Source: Promethearchaeia archaeon (GTDB lineage Archaea; Asgardarchaeota; Lokiarchaeia; Sigyniarchaeales; SOKP01). Taken from it: a stretch of 64,000 bases of DNA. Made by a program: the position numbers and the translations under genes. The notes under the pieces are model-generated. The model did no database searches, was not told the DNA's origin, and saw only the letters and a program-made list of their open reading frames with translations. The stretch lies in assembly GCA_029856155.1 (NCBI GenBank), contig JAHQWL010000052.1:1-64000 (forward strand), given 5' to 3'. Of this stretch, positions 41,266 through 50,251 are shown in pieces (positions within the stretch are counted from its first letter, which is position 1; each line of letters begins with the position of its first letter).

Positions 41266-41908
41266 ATGACTATTCAAGATAGAATAAAACCAGGAGGCGA
41301 TGAGTTTTTAGAAGAAATTCTAATTAGGTGTCCAAAATATTCGAACAATAAAAAGATAAAGATTCTCATAAAAGTAATTAACAGAGTAAACAATTGACTA
41401 CAATCTCAATTCCCTCAAATTAATGTTGCGACCATAGTTTTCAAGCTTTCGTTGACAAAAACTTCATTGTTAGAGGTTATCAGACTGTTGATTTTGAATT
41501 CACTCACATGGAGTTTTATGAAAGTAGTGATAACAAAGATGATACAAAAGACTTTACACTTTTACCAATCTTCCAAAAAATAATCCAATGTTAAGAGATT
41601 GTATAGAAGATAAAGAAGTAATCGGTTCAGCTATTTTCACCCTAATATGGAAAGTTATATATTCCTCATTACTTCAAACAACATTATTTAATATAATTCG
41701 AGAATTTGAAGTTAGAAATGAAAAAAATTTAATTGTTTTGAAGAAGATGTACCTTGAGCTTGAAAATAGTGAAAAATTTATTTCCAAATTCATGGAAATT
41801 AATGGAATGAAATTTAACCTAGTTTTGATGTTTTCTTTTCGCGTCAAATTTGGTATGGGTAATCTTTATCTGCGCGATGTATTAAGAAAAATAGAGAGAT
41901 TAATTTAA
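41266..41908 (+). pseudogene. Disrupted Zn-ribbon + roadblock-like gene
   Basis: Reconstructs to ...IRCPK..LTTISIPSN*CCDHSFQAFVDKNFIVRGYQTVDFE... joined to the 41588 ORF; two frameshifts plus TAA at 41421. Confidence 0.75.
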
Positions 41909-42291
41909 TTTATATGTTAATCAATCTTTTATTTATCATTTTTAGTTAAACTGATTAAAGAAATTAACAAAAATGTGGTAATTCTTCAATAAATTAAGAA
42001 ACATCCATTATTTAAACAATATTTATTTTTTTTACCCACAAAACCAAATATAAATGATTTATTGATAAAAATTAGAGTATAAATGGAACAACTTTTTATT
42101 TAAAACTCTAAAATTTAATATCAAAAAACAACTATCATTTACAATTTTGCCACAAAAATTATTTTAAATTATTTACCAACCTATTTTTGTATGTAAATAT
42201 CAATTTTTAAATATAAAACCGAAAGCATTTATAAATTAAAATATACTTTTAATTTAAATAAATAAATTTTAATTTAATTGAGAGATCAGAT

Positions 42292-42546
42292 ATGTTTACA
42301 AAAGAAGATGATATTGATAAAAAAATGGTACTATGTAAAAATATTTTAGATGATACGTATGAGATCTTGGAGTTATTGAAACCATTGATTCCACTCTTAC
42401 TGAAAATGGAAGAAGCTAAAAAATATAGAGAGAACGGGACTTTTGAAAGAGTTGCATCTTTATTTGGTGAAATCTCTGATTTATGTAAAGAAATTGAATG
42501 TAGTTCTTCAGCTTCAAGTATAAATTTTGAAAATTTAGGGAATTAA
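42292..42546 (+). CDS. Small helical hypothetical protein
   Basis: 84-aa ORF in an otherwise non-coding region. Confidence 0.6.
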   Translation: MFTKEDDIDKKMVLCKNILDDTYEILELLKPLIPLLLKMEEAKKYRENGTFERVASLFGEISDLCKEIECSSSASSINFENLGN

Positions 42547-42647
42547 ATTATCAATTGAGTCAATTTATCATTTTTCAAAAATTAATTTACTGTAAAGAGA
42601 GATTTAAAGCGATTTAACTTTTTATTGATTTAATAAGTCTATTAAAG

Positions 42648-42731
42648 TGCGCCCGCCGGGAATTGAACCCGGGACACTGACTTGGGAAGCCAGTATATTG
42701 CGTCTGCACATTACGCCTATACGACGAGCGC
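42648..42731 (-). tRNA. tRNA-Gly(CCC) with a 13-nt D-arm intron (42698-42710)
   Basis: GCGCTCG/CGGGCGC acceptor, CTGGC-TTCCCAA-GTCAG anticodon arm, CCGGG-TTCAATT-CCCGG T-arm; BHB in the D region. Confidence 0.9.
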
Positions 42732-43047
42732 AAAATTTTATAAACGTTCTACTAATTAAGTTTTACCACAGAAATATATATAAAAATAATTTGGGTTAAT
42801 AATTAAAACTTTATGTTACACAAGCTATAACTTTATTTCGTACCAGTATATAGTACAAATAGACAATATACTTAGAAATATAACTGCATATTTTTGTTTC
42901 TATTATATAGTTTGTATTTAAAGATGGCAAATTTTTAGAGATCTATAATAATTTTAGCTTAAAGGAAAATTGATCGACAGGGCTTGAAAAGTATACAAAT
43001 TTATGAAAAATCAATAACCTAATAATGAAAATATTGAGGAACTTAGT

Positions 43048-44565
43048 GTGCCGGAGGAATCTAAACGTAATGAGAAACAATTGAGTAAATCTGAAGAAAC
43101 TTATAAATTAATTTTGGATAATGCCAATGATTTAATTACAATTATTAATGAAAATTTAATATATGAATACATCAATGAGAAAGCTTATTTTGATTTATTA
43201 GGGTATAATAAAGAAGATATAATTGGAAAAACTCCACTCACTCCATTACATCCAGATGATGTGAAGAAAGCGACTAAAGTACTGAGAGATGGATTTAAAT
43301 ATGGTGAAGGAAGGGATGAAATGAGGTTAAGACATAAAGATGGTCATTACGTCTGGTTTGAACATAAAGGGAAATCGTTTATTGATACTAATGGAAAGAG
43401 GAAATCAATAATAATTTCAAGAGATATTACAGAACGAAAGAAAGCAGAACAAAAATCTAGGGAATCAGAAGAAAAATATCGCTTAATTTCTGAAAATGCT
43501 AATGATTTAATTTTTATTCTCGATCAAAATTTAAAAATTAAATATGTGAACGAAAAACCATTATTAAATCTGACAGGTTATTCAGTTGATGAAATTATTG
43601 GAAAAAGGGCATTGAATTATATACATTTAGATGATGTTGAAATGGCTTTAAAAATATTTACGGAAGCATTTAATAAAGAGGGTCATGGAACCATAGATGC
43701 AAGGGTAAAGCATAAAAAGGGACACTTTATACATGTAGAAATAAATGGAAGTTTATTTCATAACGAAAAGGGTCAGCCACGAGCTCTTTTAATTACTAGA
43801 GATATTACAGAACGTAAAAAAGCTGAAAATGTTAAAAACGAAGAATATAAGAAATTAGAAGAATTAAGCGAAATAAAAAGTGAATCATTATTGAGAGCCT
43901 CTCATGAACTCAAAACTCCTTTAAGCTCTGTTTATGCCGCATCCCAACTTCTCTTGAAGAATTTCAATCAACAATTAGGAGAGGACGGACTAAAACTCAT
44001 TGAAATCATATATAGAGGTAGTCAAAAATTAAGACATTTAATTGCAAATATGCTGGATGTATCAAGGCTAAAATCAAACGAATTGAATTTGAATTTGAAT
44101 GAAGAAAATCTTGTTGAAATCATAAATAACTGTATTAACGATTTAAAACTCTGGGCTGATAAGAGAAATCTTATTTTAAAAGCTGATTTACCTGAAAAGT
44201 CTATTTTAAGGGTTGATAAAATTAAAGTCGAACAGGTACTAATTAATCTATTATCTAATGCAATAAAATATACACCCCCAAATGGAAAAATTCTAATAAA
44301 TTTAAATGTTAGTGAAAATTACATAGAAATTTCGATTAAAGATACTGGTATTGGTTTAACTAAGAAAGAAAAGGAATTATTATTTCAAAAATTTGGGAAG
44401 AGTATAAGAGTATATAACGGTTCAGATATTGAAACTGGAGGTTCAGGTTTAGGTTTATATATATCAAAAGAAATCGTAGAACTTCACAATGGGAAGATTT
44501 TAGTGGAATCTAAAGGAAGAAATATGGGCTCAACTTTTATAGTAAAATTACCTAGATCTATATAA
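43048..44565 (+). CDS. PAS-PAS sensor histidine kinase (soluble)
   Basis: Two PAS/PAC domains (RDITERK), SHELKTPL, NLLSNAIKY, DTGIG, GSGLGL. Confidence 0.95.
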   Translation: MPEESKRNEKQLSKSEETYKLILDNANDLITIINENLIYEYINEKAYFDLLGYNKEDIIGKTPLTPLHPDDVKKATKVLRDGFKYGEGRDEMRLRHKDGHYVWFEHKGKSFIDTNGKRKSIIISRDITERKKAEQKSRESEEKYRLISENANDLIFILDQNLKIKYVNEKPLLNLTGYSVDEIIGKRALNYIHLDDVEMALKIFTEAFNKEGHGTIDARVKHKKGHFIHVEINGSLFHNEKGQPRALLITRDITERKKAENVKNEEYKKLEELSEIKSESLLRASHELKTPLSSVYAASQLLLKNFNQQLGEDGLKLIEIIYRGSQKLRHLIANMLDVSRLKSNELNLNLNEENLVEIINNCINDLKLWADKRNLILKADLPEKSILRVDKIKVEQVLINLLSNAIKYTPPNGKILINLNVSENYIEISIKDTGIGLTKKEKELLFQKFGKSIRVYNGSDIETGGSGLGLYISKEIVELHNGKILVESKGRNMGSTFIVKLPRSI

Positions 44566-45011
44566 TTCCTTTATTTTTCGAAATCCTTATTATTTTTTTC
44601 ATTTTATTTTTAATATTAAAGATTGCTTCAGCAATTATGTAGCATAAATCCCTTAATTTGAATTATTGATTTCGTTAAAATGGCGAAAGAATGGGAGATA
44701 AAGGAGGATTTAATATGATAATAACATCACTAACCAAGAAATAAAATAAAATAGCTTTATAGATTTAATGAGTTCTGAGTTAAACTCAAAACTTAAATCA
44801 TATATAATTTTTTTTAGTTAACCAATTTCATTTTATGTTCAAAATTTCTTAATATTTGCGAACTCTTAAAGTCTTTCCATCAAAAACAACAAATTTCAAG
44901 ACTTTTTTTATTGTTTATTTTTGGACAGAATTATTAAATATAAAAATATCATATTTAATCATAGTCTATAAAATTCTTACAAGATAATTAAAATTTTAAT
45001 TTTTGATTTAT

Positions 45012-45500
45012 ATGAAGTTAAAATATCTATTATTCTCAAGTCTGACATTTTTAATTTTAATTACAATTTCATTCCAAAATTCAGTGGCAATTTTTAAAAA
45101 TGATGGACCTTTACATATTAACGGAGAACCTGATACTACCTATTTAAAGCCTGGAGAAACAATCACAATTAGTTGGTCAATAACAGTTGATGAGTCTCAT
45201 TCTGCATCTGAGATTTCATGGTCAGTATCGGGACCAGGTGTGAATCAACAAGGAACAGGTCATTCCTTCTCATGTACGGCAAGTGCTCCTAATCAAGAAG
45301 GAGAGACTAATCATTATTTAGGTACCGCAAGTTATAAAGATTATGATGTGGGAGATTTATGTGGAGTAACCGCTACAAATGATGAGTCCCTCTTAGATAA
45401 CATTGAAGTTCCGGGTTTTGAAATATACACGTTTCTAAGCATATTCATGTTTTTAGCAGGAATTGTAATTGTAGTTTATAAGCGCAAATTTACTCAATAA
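45012..45500 (+). CDS. Small secreted Ig-like protein with VPGF (PGF/Loki-CTERM-type) anchor
   Basis: Signal peptide, beta-rich domain, VPGF + TM + KRK. Confidence 0.8.
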   Translation: MKLKYLLFSSLTFLILITISFQNSVAIFKNDGPLHINGEPDTTYLKPGETITISWSITVDESHSASEISWSVSGPGVNQQGTGHSFSCTASAPNQEGETNHYLGTASYKDYDVGDLCGVTATNDESLLDNIEVPGFEIYTFLSIFMFLAGIVIVVYKRKFTQ

Positions 45501-45751
45501 AATATCATATGTTTTGGATATCTTTCTTTTCCAATTAAATATTTAAAGTATTCTTTTTTATTTCTTTTTTGTTTTATTATCAATTTAATATCTACTGAAT
45601 GAGTTAAATTCAAATTTTATAAATTACCCATCCCGAATTTGACGCGAAATGAATTTGTAAATCATAAAGAAAATTTTAATTAAGTAAAACATGTAGGAAA
45701 AATAATATGAATTTAGTTTAAATTCATAATAAAATATAAAATATCATTCTA

Positions 45752-46402
45752 ATGACGAAAGTTGATTCAGTTATCGAAAAGTTGAACAATATTATTCCAG
45801 GAAGCTTATTTGGGTTGTTTTCAATTATTTCGGGAATATTAGGGGATATTATTTCACGTATAATGTATCCCGGATATAATTTCATGAGGATGGCTGTAAG
45901 CGATTTATGTTTAGGACCAGGGGGATTGTTTTTTAAACTTGGAAACATATTTTCAGGTATTTTCGCTTTAGTTTTTGTCAATTATCTTGGAAGAACTTTC
46001 ACTGAGGGCAACATTAATCCGAAACTAAGAAAAACTGCGATAATTTGCGCAGATATTTCATGTATAGGTTTTATTTTTTTAGGAATTTTTTGTGGTTCGA
46101 ATTTGATAATAGCCTATATTCATGGTATTTCTGCTATAACCAGTATGGGATTTGGATTTTGCTACATTACTTTTTATAACATATTCATGATAAAAGACTC
46201 TAAATATTCAAATTCGCTAGGTTATTTTGGGTTTAGCGTTTCTTTTATTTTTGGTTTATTAATTACCCTCTTTCTCCTACACATTCTGCCAGTTTTAAGG
46301 TTTATAATGGTTGTATTACCCTTGATTGAGTGGGTGAATACCATTGCTTTGATTATCTGGTATCTAATCATCCCATTTTACATGATTCATAAGAAGATTT
46401 AA
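45752..46402 (+). CDS. DUF998-like membrane protein (paralog 1)
   Basis: YPGYNF...VSDL, IHG, PLIEW. Confidence 0.75.
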   Translation: MTKVDSVIEKLNNIIPGSLFGLFSIISGILGDIISRIMYPGYNFMRMAVSDLCLGPGGLFFKLGNIFSGIFALVFVNYLGRTFTEGNINPKLRKTAIICADISCIGFIFLGIFCGSNLIIAYIHGISAITSMGFGFCYITFYNIFMIKDSKYSNSLGYFGFSVSFIFGLLITLFLLHILPVLRFIMVVLPLIEWVNTIALIIWYLIIPFYMIHKKI

Positions 46403-46488
46403 TCTTGAAAAAGACACGCTCCTTTATAATATAATATTTTAAGTTAAAAAGAAAATTTTTATAAAGTAAAACATGTAGGGAAAATAAT

Positions 46489-47166
46489 ATGGAGAAAGTA
46501 AATGAATTCTTTGACAAACTTTTCAATTTTATACCTGGGTATATTTTTGGATTGATTGGATTTACCGCGGGGTTTCTAGGTAATACTTTAGCATTAATTT
46601 TTACCCCAGAATATAAAATGTGGAAATATTCTATAAGCGTTTTAGGGGATTTAACGGGTGGAATATATTTAAGAACAGGATTAATAATCTCCGGGTTATT
46701 GGCTATCCCATTTTACATTTACTTAGGAAAAACTTTAAAGGATGATAATGTTAATGAAATTCTAAGAAAGGGTGCTATCATCGCTGGGATTTTCTCCTCT
46801 ATTTGTGTCGCACTTACTGGTACTTTTTCTGGTGTTAATGATTTTATTAAGTTTTTACATGGGAACTTTGCAACATTTAGTTGGTTTGGACATACAGCAG
46901 TATTTATACTTTTTAGTTTGGCTATGGTAAAAAATCCTAAGTTCTCTAAAGCTCCTGTATATGTTAGTTATATAATTGCGGGAATTTTAATTGTATATCT
47001 GATTCCATTTTTTATAACAAATTTCTGCAATTATTTCAGAGAGATCTGTTATTCATTTGGGCAAATAATATTTACGATTATGCCTGTATTTGAGTGGGTT
47101 GTGTACTTTTCTATCTTATCTTGGATTCTTTTTATCTCCAGTTATATTTTATACAATAAGATTTAA
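46489..47166 (+). CDS. DUF998-like membrane protein (paralog 2)
   Basis: PEY...ISVLG, LHG, PVFEW. Confidence 0.75.
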   Translation: MEKVNEFFDKLFNFIPGYIFGLIGFTAGFLGNTLALIFTPEYKMWKYSISVLGDLTGGIYLRTGLIISGLLAIPFYIYLGKTLKDDNVNEILRKGAIIAGIFSSICVALTGTFSGVNDFIKFLHGNFATFSWFGHTAVFILFSLAMVKNPKFSKAPVYVSYIIAGILIVYLIPFFITNFCNYFREICYSFGQIIFTIMPVFEWVVYFSILSWILFISSYILYNKI

Positions 47167-47216
47167 TTAGTACTATTGTGTATTGTATTCAATGAAATTG
47201 TACTTGTGAATATATT

Positions 47217-47891
47217 ATGGAACAGGTTGAGTTTGAAAAAAATATTAAAATTGATAAGAAAGATGCCTTAATTATTGTAGATATGCAATACGATTTCATC
47301 CCCGGAGGATCATTACCAGTAAAGGAAGGAGATCTTATTATAGAGGGGATTAATGAAATTACTAAATTATTTAAAAAAAAGACAGCACAGGTGGTGTTAA
47401 CTCAAGACTGGCATCCACATAATCATTTATCTTTTGCTAGTAGGCATCCTGGGAAATCTCCAGGGGATGAATATAAGTCTAAGGATGGATCTATAGGCCC
47501 AGTATTATGGCCGGATCATTGTGTACAAGGCACTAAAGGAGCAAAATTTCATAAAGATTTAAAGGTTGATTTGGCTGATAAAATATTTAAAAAAGGGATG
47601 AATCCAAGTGTTGATAGTTATTCTGGATTCCAAGATAATGACAAGAAATCTGAAACAGGTCTAAGAGAATATTTAAATTCAAAAAAAATCAAACAAATTT
47701 TTGTATGTGGTTTAGCTTTAGATTATTGTTGCTATTATACAGCTTTGGATGGTTTTAACTTTGGTTATAAAGTTTATTTTTTAGTAGATCTGACTAGAGG
47801 AGTTGATTTACCAGAAGGAAATATAAAAACAGCTCTAGAAACTATGAAAAAGACGGGAATTAAATTCGTAAACAATGAGAGTTTTAAGTAA
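47217..47891 (+). CDS. pncA: Nicotinamidase/pyrazinamidase
   Basis: VDMQYDF, QDWHP, WPDHCV, KG...DSYSGF, GLALDYC. Confidence 0.95.
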   Translation: MEQVEFEKNIKIDKKDALIIVDMQYDFIPGGSLPVKEGDLIIEGINEITKLFKKKTAQVVLTQDWHPHNHLSFASRHPGKSPGDEYKSKDGSIGPVLWPDHCVQGTKGAKFHKDLKVDLADKIFKKGMNPSVDSYSGFQDNDKKSETGLREYLNSKKIKQIFVCGLALDYCCYYTALDGFNFGYKVYFLVDLTRGVDLPEGNIKTALETMKKTGIKFVNNESFK

Positions 47892-47930
47892 TAAAAATAG
47901 TTATTTTACATCTATCTTTTCATCCATGTA

Positions 47931-48410
47931 ATGAAAAATAAATTTCATTATAAATCAATATTAATAGTTTGTAGTGTAAACACGGCTAGAAGTTGTATGG
48001 CTGAGGGATTTTTAAAAGATTTTTTCTTAAAATGTAACTTAAATATTAAAGTAAAGTCATGTGGTATATCATCTCATGCTAGAGATGGTATGTTGATATC
48101 AATGGATGCAAGAATGGCAATGGAAGAGGTAGGAATTAAATTATCAGAAAATTCTTTCTCAATCGATTTGAAGAAGCATCCTGAAATTCTTGAAGATGTT
48201 GATTTGATTCTGACATTGACGGGTAAACATAAAGAAGAAATCATTGAATTTTTTAATATAGATAGCAAAGGAATATTAACAATCAAGGAATTTGCGGGAG
48301 AAAATGGTGATATTGAAGATCCGTCAATGAAAGAACTTGAGGGATTTCGAGAAGCTCGTAATGAGATTATTGAATATTTAATGAAAGGATTAAATAGATT
48401 TAAGTTTTGA
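47931..48410 (+). CDS. Low-molecular-weight phosphatase (LMW-PTP/ArsC fold)
   Basis: VCSVNTARS P-loop, DIEDP. Confidence 0.88.
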   Translation: MKNKFHYKSILIVCSVNTARSCMAEGFLKDFFLKCNLNIKVKSCGISSHARDGMLISMDARMAMEEVGIKLSENSFSIDLKKHPEILEDVDLILTLTGKHKEEIIEFFNIDSKGILTIKEFAGENGDIEDPSMKELEGFREARNEIIEYLMKGLNRFKF

Positions 48411-48413
48411 AAA

Positions 48414-49259
48414 ATGATTGAATATATAATTATTGCACTATTACAAGGCATTTTTGAATGGCTCCCTATATCATCAAGTGGTCAAACATTTGTTATAGCC
48501 ATGAATTTATTTGGTATTTCTGCCGAAGAGGCATACAGCCTTGCAATTTGGTTACATTTAGGCACAACTTTAGCTGTACTCTTAAAATTTAGAACTGATT
48601 TTATTAAAATTTTTAAAAGTTTTTTACCAAAAACATATACCGTGGAAGAAATCGACATTAAAAAAAGAAATTGGTTAGTTTATGCTACGATAGGAACAGC
48701 AATTACAGCTTTACCACTCTATTTTATATTCAGAATAATTATTTCAGGAGCATTTAGCGCTTTCCAAGGAGATTTAATAACACTAGTTATTTCAGGTTTA
48801 TTAATTATTACTGGTATTATTTTACTTAAAACACGAAAAATCTATGGAAAAAGTACTCTTGAAGATGCTCCCCAAAATGAGATCACTAAAGATAGTTTTT
48901 TAGCAGGCCTAGTTCAGGGAGTCTCAATTTTACCGGGAATTTCCCGCTCAGGAGTTACTGTATCATCAATCTTATTAGAAAATTACAATCAAGGCAATGC
49001 ATTAAGTTTAAGCTTCTTAATGTCCGTACCAGTTGCTATTGCATCAATAATAGTTGATATTATTTTTGGAGAAGGTTTAGTTTTCGGATTAATAGATCCA
49101 TTTTTAATCATTTTACTGACTATTATAAGTTTTTTGATAGGTTATTTAACTATTGAAATTTTACTCCGTGTAGCTCAGAAAATTAGTTTTGGGTATTTTT
49201 GTATTGCTTATGGAGTTATCGCGTATTTAATAATAATTCCCTTTTTAGTAAATCCTTAA
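48414..49259 (+). CDS. uppP: Undecaprenyl(polyprenyl)-diphosphate phosphatase
   Basis: QGIFEWLPISSSG, LHLGT, PGISRSG, SFLMSVP. Confidence 0.93.
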   Translation: MIEYIIIALLQGIFEWLPISSSGQTFVIAMNLFGISAEEAYSLAIWLHLGTTLAVLLKFRTDFIKIFKSFLPKTYTVEEIDIKKRNWLVYATIGTAITALPLYFIFRIIISGAFSAFQGDLITLVISGLLIITGIILLKTRKIYGKSTLEDAPQNEITKDSFLAGLVQGVSILPGISRSGVTVSSILLENYNQGNALSLSFLMSVPVAIASIIVDIIFGEGLVFGLIDPFLIILLTIISFLIGYLTIEILLRVAQKISFGYFCIAYGVIAYLIIIPFLVNP

Positions 49260-50161
49260 GGATTTAAAGCATAGTTTTTAAGATAATTTATTAACTCGTT
49301 TTCAATATTCGGAATTCCTCTAAAACTTGGGAAGTCATTTAAATCAATAAGGTAAAATTTATCTTTGTCTATAGGTCTTACTAAATCAAAACCAAAAATC
49401 TTAAGATTCAACTCATTAGATAAAATCCTTGATAAATTATAGATTTCTTTTGTAATTTTAAATTCTTCTCGTTCAATCAAGCTGACATCAATATTTTCGG
49501 GTTTTTCTCTTAAATATTTATAAATTGGGTTTTCTCTTTTAATACCAAAAACTTTATCTCCAATTACATATATTTTTCGCTCAATTCCATCACATTCTAT
49601 AAATTCTTGGACATATAAGTCGTAAAATAAAAACTCTTTATACTTTTCACAGAATTTATCAACTTCATTGATTTCTTGAACAAGGAAATTAAATCTATTA
49701 TATTTATCATGTTGATAATGACTTTTGATAACGATTGGTAATTTTTTTAAAGCCCATTCTTTAAACTTATTTACATCAGATAAAGATTGGTTCCATGAAT
49801 TAGGAATTAAAAATTTTTCTAAATTTTCTTCATGATTTTTAAACGCTTTTCTTAAAGCATAATCGAGAGCAATCTTATTCTTGCACGTTAAAATAGCATC
49901 GATATCATGCAATGTCTGGATTTTATAAATTTTGGCGAAGTGTAATAAATCAATAGAACACTCATTTCTTACTTTTACAATTATTTTATCTGCATTCTTA
50001 ATGAATTGAGGCATTTCTGAAAGGCAAAAATAGTCTTTTGTTGGATCATGAAGCTTTAAATTAAACTCCTTCATACTTTTTAGTTTATTAATAACTTTTT
50101 TTATAACATCATGGTTTTTCACTGCTGAAAAGACTACTACTTTTTTGACCATATTAATCAA
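49256..50161 (-). CDS. ATP-grasp protein, ITPK1 (inositol trisphosphate 5/6-kinase)-like #1
   Basis: YVQEFI...RKIYVIG, IFGFDLV, IDLNDFPSF. Confidence 0.8.
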   Translation of the reverse strand: MINMVKKVVVFSAVKNHDVIKKVINKLKSMKEFNLKLHDPTKDYFCLSEMPQFIKNADKIIVKVRNECSIDLLHFAKIYKIQTLHDIDAILTCKNKIALDYALRKAFKNHEENLEKFLIPNSWNQSLSDVNKFKEWALKKLPIVIKSHYQHDKYNRFNFLVQEINEVDKFCEKYKEFLFYDLYVQEFIECDGIERKIYVIGDKVFGIKRENPIYKYLREKPENIDVSLIEREEFKITKEIYNLSRILSNELNLKIFGFDLVRPIDKDKFYLIDLNDFPSFRGIPNIENELINYLKNYALNP

Positions 50162-50251
50162 TAAAAAGGAGATATCTATTCTTAAATTTATTTAGTTTAA
50201 GATCTTCTTCTATAAATAATACTTTATCCAAATTCTCATATACCATTTATA

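Noticed and set aside
40774-42647. Gene-poor region at the 3' side of tRNA-Gly as an integrated element
   Set aside because: No integrase, att duplication or terminal repeats seen
43418-43830. Repeat agagatattacagaacg.aa.aaagc.gaa
   Set aside because: Ordinary PAC-motif duplication (RDITERKKAE) inside the kinase
44680-44745. Strong SD (AAGGAGG) followed by a tiny ORF
   Set aside because: Only ~9 codons, no other support
48408-48416. LMW-PTP TGA is in frame with the uppP ATG (possible readthrough or Sec fusion)
   Set aside because: Both proteins are complete alone; in-frame spacing arises by chance one time in three
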